A DNA stretch of 64,000 nucleotides from Epithemia pelagica (lineage: Eukaryota > Protista > Bacillariophyta): the NCBI GenBank assembly GCA_946965045.2, contig OX337242.1, positions 248,001-312,000 on the forward strand, in the 5' to 3' direction. The number at the start of each line of letters is the position of its first letter. Within the stretch, counting starts at the first letter, position 1. Below the pieces are notes generated by a model. It was not told the DNA's origin, ran no database searches, and was given only the letters and a program-made list of their open reading frames with translations. The position numbers and the translations under genes are program-made. Below, in pieces: positions 23,786 to 33,589 of the stretch.

Positions 23786-26700
23786 ATGTCGCCTACCTCC
23801 AAAAAGCCTTCGAAAAAGAAGCCTCCTCCTCCCAAGATGAAGGCGTCTGCGGTTGCTGCCCGTAACAAAGTCGTCCAAGAAGAGATAGAAGATCAAGTCC
23901 GAGCAAAACAAGAACGCGTCCTTGCCGAAAAAGACCTCATCCCTCTTCATCAAGGGAAGCCCAAACTTCTATTTTCCAACAGTCCTTCAAAACGTTGGGA
24001 TTGGGTTCTCCATGTTGATTGGCAGGCATTTTTCAAATGGCTTTGGGACGGCACAGTCAGAGATCTTCCCGCTACCTTCAAAGGGTTTGTGAAGCTCCAC
24101 GACCTCATGGAGGATTACCTTGGAGTACCCCCACAACAAGACGCCGAATATGATAATGATGGAAGTCCTCTTCCAGTTGATCCTGAAGGAGAACTTTCTA
24201 ACCAGGAATACAAGGACAAGTACAAGCCACTTTCTCATCAAATGGTAATTTGTCCACTTTGTTTCAAAAACCCAGACATCCCTTTGGCGAAATGTTGCAT
24301 TAGTTGCAGTGATAACAAGCCTTCCAATGTGAAACAGCACACAGATAAACATCATGGTGGCGATGAAAAAGTATTTGGAGTTGTGATCGAAGACAAATTG
24401 AACCAAACAACACTTGAAGGTTTCACGGCAGAAGTTTCTCCCCGAAAGAAAGCCATTGGTCAATTGCAACAACTCATCTACGAATTCGTTAATGATTGTT
24501 GTTTGCCTGCGAGCACCGTCGAAAAGCCCCAATTTCGCGAATTGCTCCGATATGCATTCAACAATGGGGGACAGCTTAAGGACACCCGGGCCGAAGCGAT
24601 GAGCAGGCGACAAGTGACAAAGTTGCGTGTCGATTCCTATAAGGACTACGTGTCGACCGTTGCTGCACTTGCTAGAAATGTTTGCGAAGAATACAAGACT
24701 CTATGCGGTCAGGAAATACCCTTCGCGACGGTATGCCATGACATTTGGCAGGCAAGACGGCATGACGTATTAGGAGTCACATTAATGTTCAGTGACCCAA
24801 GAAACAGTGTTGTCTACCGAATCCCTATTGGTTTGGCCGAAACCAAAGGGCATTCGGCCGCTGATGTAGCCAACCTGACACACTCACTCTTGCTGTCTGT
24901 TGGTTTCAACCAAGACGACCTAATTGCTTCGGTTAACGACAATACGTCGGCCGCGGTACTGGCGGGCAAGTACATTGTGGGTGATCATTCCAAGGCAGGT
25001 CGGTGTGATATGCATAGGGCCGAGTTGGTCCTCAAGCATGCTACAGGACTCGTAGAAAGGTATAGGAAAGGAGTTCTCATTGACTCTTTCCCTGACTTTT
25101 GCGACCTATATGGAAAATTTAAAAAACTGGGTGGTTGGGTGACAAGCAAGCATGCCTTTCATCGTTGGGAAAAGCTTAAGAAAAAGGCAGAAGAACTGGG
25201 ATACCATCTGATCTTACTACCCATTCCTAACGACACTCGCGTTATGGGCTGCATCATTCTGATTCAAGCCTTTCTGCGCAACAAATGGTTCTTCGACTTG
25301 TATGTCCTCACTTCGAAAGCAAGTGACCCAACTTTTGTTCGGCTTTATCCAACTGAAGATGAATGGGAACTTCTAGCACAATATGAAGGCATCTTGAGCC
25401 CATTGAAGGCAGTTGGACTCTTGTTGCAATCTGACGACCCAGGCGCTAGTTCGGCAACGCTGTTGGAAATCTACCTTTCGCACTTCCAAACAGAACGCAT
25501 GAGGATGAGCAAAGTGGCCTGCATTCCGGTGAACGAAGTTGATCTGGAAGAAGACGAGAAATGGGATGCTTCTGCAACCATTAGTGAACTAAACTCATTG
25601 CGCGTCGGAGTGGCGTATCATGAGCTGGGTGATGGACCCAGGAAACTCATTCGCCGCATTCTTCATGAGTACCGTATGTATCTTCTTGATACGGACGAAG
25701 ATGCTTTGAAGGCAGTCTGCTGCAACCCTATGTTGGCAAATATTTACGAAGATACCTTCCAATCTCTTGCTGCGTTCGACTCGGAGAAGGTACGCAAAGC
25801 CCGCCAAGTTTTCTTGGACGACATGATGAAAAAGTTTAGCAGTGGGACGGCTAGTCCTATTGGTGCTCTTATCCACAAGCAACAAAAACCATCCGACAAA
25901 GACTCCGACAAACAAACCGACAACCCAATGACTCCTCCAATTGCATCCAAAGCAGGATCCAAAGCCGGATCCAAAAAAAAAGAACGCTATCAAGAAGAAG
26001 ACGTCTTCGAATCGATGCGTTGCACCAGAGAACTGAAGGAACAGGCCCTTCTGCAGATCTCTGGTGCTGCATCCCTGGCTGGTTCAGAGACTGAAGTCTT
26101 ATTAGCTTTGAAAAATGCGTGTCAGGAGTCGATTGACGCTTTCAAAAGAATGTGTGGTGTTCACGTGGATAAAAAGTGGGCCGAAGTTATCGCCCAATAT
26201 CCTACTGAGCTGTACAAGAATGAGGAACCAGATTGGAACGATGAACAAAAGTCCTTCTTTCATAAAGCGTGTCGGAACGGCAACTATTGCCAGATTGGCA
26301 AATATTTTGATATCATGGCCTGGTGGAATTCACACAAGAAAGAATTTCCTATGATGTACGTCATGGCCATGATTTGGTTGACCAAACCATCTACTAATGC
26401 GTTTCAAGAGCGTATTTTTTCTTTGGGAACGTGGTTCCAACAGAACAAGCTGATGGCTAACCTGCTCAAAAAACATTTTGAAATGAGAAGCATTGATTGT
26501 CTTACGCGGTCTATTAAACGAGAGATTGTTAAGAGGGAGATGGAGCTTCAGATGGCCTCCGACAAACCTCAAAGCCATTATGTCGGAGTCGGCATCTCGG
26601 AAGAAGCCGGTACTGCACAAGAGGGTTCAGAACAAGGGAGGACAGTAAATACCAAGACGCCACCTGTCAAGGAAAAAGTCTCAACAGAACAAATGGCCCT

Positions 26701-27568
26701 GGTGCAAATGAGTGGCATGAGAGATGCAACTCAGGGCTTTATTGCCTACAATAAGAAGGCAGACGCCGAAAAGGATCGTGTCACTAATGATGCGTCAGTA
26801 CACTTCCAATATTTTGAAGACCTCAGTGACGATAGCGATGAAGATGACTTGCAGCAGGTTATTGGAAGTTTAGAAACACCAGAAGCCCGGGCTGAAATGG
26901 CGAAAAAGAAAAGAGTTCAACATGCACAACGGCTTTCAAAGTTGGTCCAAGAAGGCAAAAAGAAACCCATTGAATGGGACACTGTGAAAGTAGTGCGGTT
27001 TGACAGACATCCAGATGACGATTCAGCACCACACTCATCTGCGGACGAGAGTGACAACGATGATGACGAAGATAGCGACGCCGCCATGAACAAGGTATTT
27101 GATGATGAGTTGAAAGGACTGGAGGATGTGGTAGTGCAGGACACGATTAATCTCACTATTGCAGAGGACACCACTGGGGTCAAGCGTAAGGGCAGTGGCA
27201 GTGGAACTGGATCTTCTCGTAAGAAAACAAAACAACAAAAGCTCCTGCCAACTCGTAGGTCTCCTCCTCGCAAAGCCAAAACTAAGAGACAAGACAAACT
27301 GCAGGTGGGTTCTCCGTGTGCTCCAAAGATAGATGAGAAACAACAAGACAAAGGTGGTCGGCGTCAAGGGGACATTAGGACACTTGTCAAACAGAGAAAG
27401 GGTGCACCGAAGGATGATCGGGAATACGATGCAGAGGACGATGAAGATGAGGGTGTGAATGATAAGTCCGAATACGACAAAATTGTCGATGTCTTGAAAG
27501 AGTTAGAGTCCGATTCAGATGCGGAAGAAGAGAATGGTCATGAAGATAATGATCATCACGAAGATTAA
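23786..27568 (+). CDS. hAT transposase, intact ORF (~1260 aa)
   Basis: BED-like CPLC...QHTDKHH; LPASTVEKPQFRELL; catalytic-type HDIW, NDNTSAA and QERIFS; CDMH (CxxH); dimerisation domain FDIMAWWNSHKKEFP...PSTNAFQERIFS. ATG at 23786. Confidence 0.92.
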   Translation: MSPTSKKPSKKKPPPPKMKASAVAARNKVVQEEIEDQVRAKQERVLAEKDLIPLHQGKPKLLFSNSPSKRWDWVLHVDWQAFFKWLWDGTVRDLPATFKGFVKLHDLMEDYLGVPPQQDAEYDNDGSPLPVDPEGELSNQEYKDKYKPLSHQMVICPLCFKNPDIPLAKCCISCSDNKPSNVKQHTDKHHGGDEKVFGVVIEDKLNQTTLEGFTAEVSPRKKAIGQLQQLIYEFVNDCCLPASTVEKPQFRELLRYAFNNGGQLKDTRAEAMSRRQVTKLRVDSYKDYVSTVAALARNVCEEYKTLCGQEIPFATVCHDIWQARRHDVLGVTLMFSDPRNSVVYRIPIGLAETKGHSAADVANLTHSLLLSVGFNQDDLIASVNDNTSAAVLAGKYIVGDHSKAGRCDMHRAELVLKHATGLVERYRKGVLIDSFPDFCDLYGKFKKLGGWVTSKHAFHRWEKLKKKAEELGYHLILLPIPNDTRVMGCIILIQAFLRNKWFFDLYVLTSKASDPTFVRLYPTEDEWELLAQYEGILSPLKAVGLLLQSDDPGASSATLLEIYLSHFQTERMRMSKVACIPVNEVDLEEDEKWDASATISELNSLRVGVAYHELGDGPRKLIRRILHEYRMYLLDTDEDALKAVCCNPMLANIYEDTFQSLAAFDSEKVRKARQVFLDDMMKKFSSGTASPIGALIHKQQKPSDKDSDKQTDNPMTPPIASKAGSKAGSKKKERYQEEDVFESMRCTRELKEQALLQISGAASLAGSETEVLLALKNACQESIDAFKRMCGVHVDKKWAEVIAQYPTELYKNEEPDWNDEQKSFFHKACRNGNYCQIGKYFDIMAWWNSHKKEFPMMYVMAMIWLTKPSTNAFQERIFSLGTWFQQNKLMANLLKKHFEMRSIDCLTRSIKREIVKREMELQMASDKPQSHYVGVGISEEAGTAQEGSEQGRTVNTKTPPVKEKVSTEQMALVQMSGMRDATQGFIAYNKKADAEKDRVTNDASVHFQYFEDLSDDSDEDDLQQVIGSLETPEARAEMAKKKRVQHAQRLSKLVQEGKKKPIEWDTVKVVRFDRHPDDDSAPHSSADESDNDDDEDSDAAMNKVFDDELKGLEDVVVQDTINLTIAEDTTGVKRKGSGSGTGSSRKKTKQQKLLPTRRSPPRKAKTKRQDKLQVGSPCAPKIDEKQQDKGGRRQGDIRTLVKQRKGAPKDDREYDAEDDEDEGVNDKSEYDKIVDVLKELESDSDAEEENGHEDNDHHED

Positions 27569-27683
27569 GACTCCAAGGTGATGATGTAATGACGACGGGA
27601 GAGATTAACAAGAACAAAGAGAGATTAACAAGAATTAGTATTACGTGGATTGAAGTTATATTAAAAAAGGATAAGGAAAACTA

Positions 27684-29594
27684 CTACGACTTTCTCTTCT
27701 TAGTATATCTGTCGAATTGACTCAATACCTTGGCTTTGAAGTCAGGGCACATATGCTTGTACTCTACAAGGAGCTCTCGAACTTTGGGTGCTTCAGAAGT
27801 CACAGCCATTTGGCTGAGTGACCCAAGCAGTGGATTGACTCTATTCCAGAAATGTCGGGGAACCCAGGATTCCAATTCTTTAGAGCAATGATAGCCATTC
27901 GATGTACTTGCAGTCCAGCCCAAATACTTGCTCCATCGCATCACATGGATGTCCGAAGGAATTCCGTCGGTTCGACCAAAAGAGGCTTCAACCACTATCG
28001 CAGCCGTTTTATACCCAATCCCATACAAAGTAGAGAGCTCTTCGATGGATATGTTGGGGGGAACCGTGCCATTATATTGTTGTATAAAGTAATCAGCGGC
28101 ATTGAGAATGCATTCAGTGTTTTTGTAGAAAAGGCCTGCTTCAGAGAGGATGGAACAGAAAGCATTCATTCCAAATTTTTGAGCAATATCCGATACGGCA
28201 GTGGCAGAAGTTAATCCAAATGAAAACACGCGCGGCATGATGGTGCTGAGCTGAGCATCTGAGGTACTGGAGCTCATGCAGATTGTCATCAGGAACATGA
28301 AAGCTCTGTCGGCCTGTGGGTCATCTAGGGAAATAGATGAATCCACCCAATCCTCCCAGGAATCGCGAGGAACATCGATTCCGTCCTTCTTCAAGGGTTC
28401 CCAAAAGTTTAGAAGGGAATAAAATTGTAGAATCCGCTCCAGTTTGAGTTCTGGATGTTTGTCGTAATCAGGAAGTGGTACATGAGTCTCTGTGTGTTGT
28501 TTGAGGAGTGGTTTTTCTCCGGGCATGTGTCTCTGTGTCTGGCCATCAACATACTGAATTGTTTTCTTCGACCGTGACATGGACAGAAGGTATTCAGTGA
28601 TCTTACCATTCTGACCTCTAGTTGAATACCGATGAGCCGGAAACAGGTTTTGATTCAAGGTTCTTTGCTTTTTGGGTGAATGAGTAGCAACATCAGCCAT
28701 AGTTGATACGGAGTGGGTCAGATCCTGTGGCCGTTGGGGAGTCTCGTATGAAGATTGAAGACTGTGGGTTGGTTGTTGCGGAGGAGTTGGAGATCGAAGA
28801 GCTGATTGATAACTTGTTATTCCTGTTGCATGACAATTTGGTGTAGGGTTAGGATGAACAATTTCTGTTTCCTCTTTTGATGCGACACAAGAGGTGGTGG
28901 CGCTCGCATGATCCTCGAGCAAGGAAAGGAAAGGAGCTGCAGTCGAGGGGATGTAGAACTCGGTTTGAGGTGAACATTCATCTCTTGGAGAAATGGGTAA
29001 ATCAAGGACATTGAACCCATCCATTTCTTGTGGTCTTTGACGGACACAAATAAGGGGCATCTTCCTGATCATCCAAGATGTGACAAGAGAACGGATAGAA
29101 CTGGTAGGACAAACCGTGCGCTGGTGTTCTATGAAATGAAGACAGTCAGTCATTGCATTGTTTTCAACAATTGTAAATTGTGTATTGCACCGAAGAGATA
29201 GAATGATGGTCGTGCAAGCAGTGGGCTGATCCACAATGCAATAGTGTTGAGTAGGAAAGGAAGCGTCCTTGGCGATGGGGGTTCCTCGGAAAAGAGTATG
29301 ATGGATGATACTCGAAATCAAGTCGAGCTTATCTTGGAAAGAGAGAGTGGGAATACAGCATTTGTGTGTGGCAGTATCATGTTGAGGACATTCGATTTGA
29401 CCACCAACACGGATGAGCCAGTGTATGGTTTTTCGTTGAATGGCATGTAATGTTTGGGAGACAGAAGGATTTTGCGAGGCCATTGTGCCTTTCAATTCAA
29501 TCAATATGGTATATAAAGAAGGGTTGCAATGCATGAGGTATTGGGGAAAGCATTTCGATTCGAAAATAACATTTGGACGGGAAGCAAGTGCCAT
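27684..29594 (-). CDS. Endonuclease III/NTH1-like HhH-GPD DNA glycosylase with long N-terminal extension (hAT cargo)
   Basis: FMFLMTICMSSSTSD; AGLFYKN...QQYNGTVP...LSTLYGIGYKTAAIVV (HhH with catalytic Lys); GIPSDIHVMRW (catalytic Asp); LESWVPRHFWNRVNPLL. No C-terminal 4Fe-4S cysteine cluster. Confidence 0.88.
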   Translation of the reverse strand: MALASRPNVIFESKCFPQYLMHCNPSLYTILIELKGTMASQNPSVSQTLHAIQRKTIHWLIRVGGQIECPQHDTATHKCCIPTLSFQDKLDLISSIIHHTLFRGTPIAKDASFPTQHYCIVDQPTACTTIILSLRCNTQFTIVENNAMTDCLHFIEHQRTVCPTSSIRSLVTSWMIRKMPLICVRQRPQEMDGFNVLDLPISPRDECSPQTEFYIPSTAAPFLSLLEDHASATTSCVASKEETEIVHPNPTPNCHATGITSYQSALRSPTPPQQPTHSLQSSYETPQRPQDLTHSVSTMADVATHSPKKQRTLNQNLFPAHRYSTRGQNGKITEYLLSMSRSKKTIQYVDGQTQRHMPGEKPLLKQHTETHVPLPDYDKHPELKLERILQFYSLLNFWEPLKKDGIDVPRDSWEDWVDSSISLDDPQADRAFMFLMTICMSSSTSDAQLSTIMPRVFSFGLTSATAVSDIAQKFGMNAFCSILSEAGLFYKNTECILNAADYFIQQYNGTVPPNISIEELSTLYGIGYKTAAIVVEASFGRTDGIPSDIHVMRWSKYLGWTASTSNGYHCSKELESWVPRHFWNRVNPLLGSLSQMAVTSEAPKVRELLVEYKHMCPDFKAKVLSQFDRYTKKRKS

Positions 29595-30825
29595 GGTGCC
29601 ATGGTGTTCAACAAGTGAGGCGTTGATGCAAAAGCAGCACCTCGGAAGTACTGTTCTCTCCTACAGTCCTGTAACATGACTGGATCGGTCACGAGTCACG
29701 TAGCCATAGCGATATTGTGTGTGAAACACAATGGAATGAATATAATTACTAAAATGAGCAGAATTAATTCACATCATTTAATTAAGTAAAGTGAAATAAG
29801 ACATAATTATGGGAAGTAATTAATGAGAGAAATTAATTCCGTTAGATTTTCAGAAATGAATATATAACCGAAATGAAGTTCAATGGTTTTATAGGCAATG
29901 AATATTTGAAAAAATGAAATTCATAAAGGTAGATAGATATGAATTATATCATATTAATTTATCCTACTATTTTTGGTCGCAGGATATATTACACTAATTC
30001 TATTCATATATGTCGTTAAGGTACTTCACAACCCTGCATTGATCAGGTGAAAAATAAAAGGAAGGGTTATACTAACAACCAAGAATGGGTTAGCTAGGAT
30101 TCCGTAGCGAATTAAGCTCAACTACCTTAAATCACATCTTCTATTGCACCATCGTATTGGTGCAGAAAACGCACGATTTACCTGTAGAATGAGCGCGCCC
30201 TACCCAAAAATCGCGTGCCTCTCTCTCCAACAGAGCCCCACTCCCTCCAGCACGGAGCATTGCCATCGTCGTGGAGAGGGTGGGGGGAGAAGCCATGGCA
30301 AAAAATCCTTATCTTTCGCACGAACACTGACGAATTTTCAATCGTCGATATTATGGGAAGGGTAAGTCCGATTTTCACGAACCGCAGTGATTTGGAAAGC
30401 GCCTGACGAGCTCTTTCGAATGAGCTTCTCAAGATTGTTAAATTAGAAATACTTATGATGTTATACATTCAAACATACTTCGGAAGTAATCTATAATTGA
30501 TTCGGAAAATTAACCACCAATCCGTTGGGTGGTACACATTGTGCATATAGAACGCGAGCCTGAAAATTTCATCGGATGGTGCAATAGATGTGATTTTTAC
30601 GGAAAATAATAAAACAATAGCCCAGAAAGTTTCATCCATGGAGACCTCAAGTCCTCATTGTCTTCAGATGAAGGGCAAATCTTTCTTCCGGAACGAGGCC
30701 AGCTGCGAAAGATAGGTCTCCATAAATATAAGGGCGACTGAAAGGACGAATGAGCATTGCGTCAGAACCCAGGAATGGACGGAAAGAAAGTGCAGCAGAG
30801 TTTTGGGATGCATGAGCATCATCAA

Positions 30826-32185
30826 CCCTCGGTATCAGTGTCCACTGCTTAGCTGTTTTTTGTCTGTGCCATCATTTTAGGTTCCCAGGTGGACACAGAC
30901 ATCATTTTTTGCTTTTGAGACAAATAGAAATGATCAAATGGCAAATTGGCACGCATACCCAGCTGGAGTTTTCACAGTTTGAAACAGACGCATGCCCAGC
31001 AAGCGGCCGTGCGTGGATAACTGCTGGTTGCTCCATAATTCATAATGACAAGCACACAATTCTTTTCTCTTGTTGCCGAAGTACATCGTACGAATGGCAT
31101 TCCAGGTGAGTGTGATCCGTTGCCAATTGCCATGACAATTACATAGCTCATGCTCACTGATCACTGACACTTGTCACTTGTGTTTGCTCTGCTCATGGGA
31201 AGAGAGGCGATCATCTGTTGTGTCTCTGGGTAGCTCATTACGTGCCATTCTACATGTCGAAATGACGGATTTTTGATAACACTTTCATTCGATTCATAAA
31301 CAGACTGCAGACATTGTTTTCTTTATATACTAGGAGTAGAAATAGAACTCAAGTGCTATTCATTCGTAGAGTTCAGTGCATTCTGAATTCGTTGCAGATC
31401 TCTTTTCTGTTTTGAGCATGGCAACGACTCTCAGTTTCACCATGAACACAAGCAGCTCTCACACGCTACAGCTACAACTTTTGACTCTATGAACTGATAG
31501 ACATGGAAAGTAGGGTGTGGCAAGAGCAAGAGGGCTTCCCATCTATTTGAAGCAAAAACAACAAAGTGTTCGGTCATTGAGAAATGAGATGATGCTACGA
31601 CCTATGACGATAGTAAATCATCTATCCTACAGAAGACATGAAAGCAACCAACCAACAATCAAACAACAAAACAATTACTCCTACATCAACAAATGAGACG
31701 GGTAAGATACTCCAGTTGACATCAAGCGGCTTGTTCCTAGTCTACTCGTTCAACAAGAGACAAGCCAAAGGATCATGCATGAACAAGAGGAAAGATTGCA
31801 GCAGTGATGAGTGAGAAGAAAGAAAAAGAAACAAGAAGATTAGAAATAAGCCACAGTAGTGAGAAGTGAGAAGCAGTTCAGGTTCAGCCCAGCATGTTGC
31901 ATCCATTGTTCTCACCTCACGTCATGGTCAAGCATTTGGCTCGGTTTTTGGTGTTTTGTGACAGACGAGGACGGGAGGGTTGCCCAAAAAATTTGAATCG
32001 TGATGATCAGAGGACAACCACCAACCGTCAACTGTCACATGCACGCTGGCCTTGCTCCAACCCTGAGGAATTTTATTGGGTAGACAGACAGACGAAAAAC
32101 ATAAAATGCTGGCTGTGTCCACTTGGGAACCTGTGAAGGTGGCACAGACAAAAAACAGCTAAGCAGTGGACACTGATACCGAGGG
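30826..32185. mobile_element. Non-autonomous TIR element (1360 bp, CCC...GGG ends, possible 2-bp TSD AA; CMC/EnSpm-like)
   Basis: 73-bp imperfect TIRs 30826-30898 and 32113-32185 with the outer 46 bp perfect; AA on both flanks; no long ORF inside. Confidence 0.75.
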
Positions 32186-32284
32186 AATGCTATAGTGGTC
32201 AGAAAAGATGAGAGAAACTGTCTCAGATCGATTGAAGAAGACAGATGCCATCGACTGCTGCTCTCAGATTCTTTTAAGTAATAA

Positions 32285-32767
32285 GGCCAATCCTTTAGCT
32301 CAACAAAACCAATCCGTGCGGGGCCGGGCCGGATTTGGTTTTGGAAATTGTGCCTAACGCCGTCCTTACGCATTCGCAAAACAAATCCAAAAGACCCGCG
32401 CCTTTTCGAATCCTGTCCCCCATCCTCCCCCACCCTTCACTTAGAAAAATTGAATACTAAAACTTTTGGGTACTAAGGAAGCGCAAGGATACCGTTGAAG
32501 TCGAACGCCCGTCCATCATGTGTCACGCCCGCCCACCATGTCGAACGCCCGCCTGACATATTCGAAACTGTAGGCAGCCTCTACACTAGCACTAGTAAAA
32601 CACTATCCCTAATGAATTTCCTGGATTTGTTCGAACAAATCCAGAGTTCTGGATTGGTTGGAACAAATCCGGAAATGCTCTTTCACCCGGGTATATGACG
32701 TCAACATGACGCAAAATGCTGACGTGCACGAAATTTTGATTTGGTTTTGCGAGCTAAAGGATTGGCC
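32285..32767. mobile_element. MITE (~480 bp), Tourist/Harbinger-like ends
   Basis: GGCCAATCCTTTAGCTC(AA/G)CAAAACCAA and its reverse complement at the ends; flanks TAA (left) and TTA (right). Confidence 0.7.
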
Positions 32768-33589
32768 TTAGTGGTAGATCACAGATCCCTGTAAAATCCC
32801 AACCAATGATGACCAAGTAAACCTCACCCCACAAAAACAAAAGAGCAAACGGACCTTTTTTCGCATCATCTCACAAGCTGGACATGGGAAATGGGAGTTG
32901 GCAAGATTTTTTTACCTCTGCTCTCTGCTTGTCATTGTCAGAACTCAGAACCTACGGGTCTACCAGATGCATGAACGTCACGAAGTTCCAATAATTTCCT
33001 GGATGAACGGCTATGAAGTTTCGAAAACCGAAAACAGCACTTTAGTTTTTCAGTTTTCCGTGAAGCTATTAGACTCGTGCACAAACATCAGGTATATCTT
33101 CTTATCATATTTGCCCTTTCGTCTTGTTTTTTCCGTGGAGCGTAGGCTTCCGCCAACAATGCATGAAAATAGATTATTAACATGTTGCTTCCTGATACAT
33201 CTCGCTGTCAGAACTCGGGTACCTGGAATGAAACAAAAAATCCTACTTGGCCGAAGGACTAGACATTCGTTTGGACCCTAGTCCTTCATTTGTTTCTTGT
33301 GCTTTTGACAATCTATGTGTGCGTGTCCAAGTAGAGATATGCTATAATAAGAAGGGCTACATTATTTTTTTTTTTCTTGTTTCCCATGACTGTCGGTAAA
33401 CACTGTGCACAGTGCAAAGCAATGAAAAAACATGCTCATTCGGACACCACATAGCAATATCGGCCTAGTTTCTATTACCCTTGCACAAAGGTTAATGACG
33501 GCCATGACTGCGACCTCGGCCGAAGCACCTCAAATGAAGATTGCCTGGTTTTGTGTCACGGGAGAGCTCTGGTCAGAGATTTGGTATAC

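Larger units (their letters stand above)
17184..30036 (+). mobile_element. hAT DNA transposon (~6.8 kb net of the nested copia) carrying a transposase and a DNA glycosylase gene
   Basis: TIR CAGGGTTGTGAAGT at 17184-17197 and reverse complement at 30023-30036; identical 8-bp TSD CATTGATC at 17176-17183 and 30037-30044; AT-rich subterminal regions ~23261-23580 and ~29720-30020. Confidence 0.93.

Noticed and set aside
29270-29420. Ulp1-like protease motif in the glycosylase N-terminus (CPQHD...C)
   Set aside because: Resemblance too weak; the His-Asp-Cys catalytic order cannot be established by eye.
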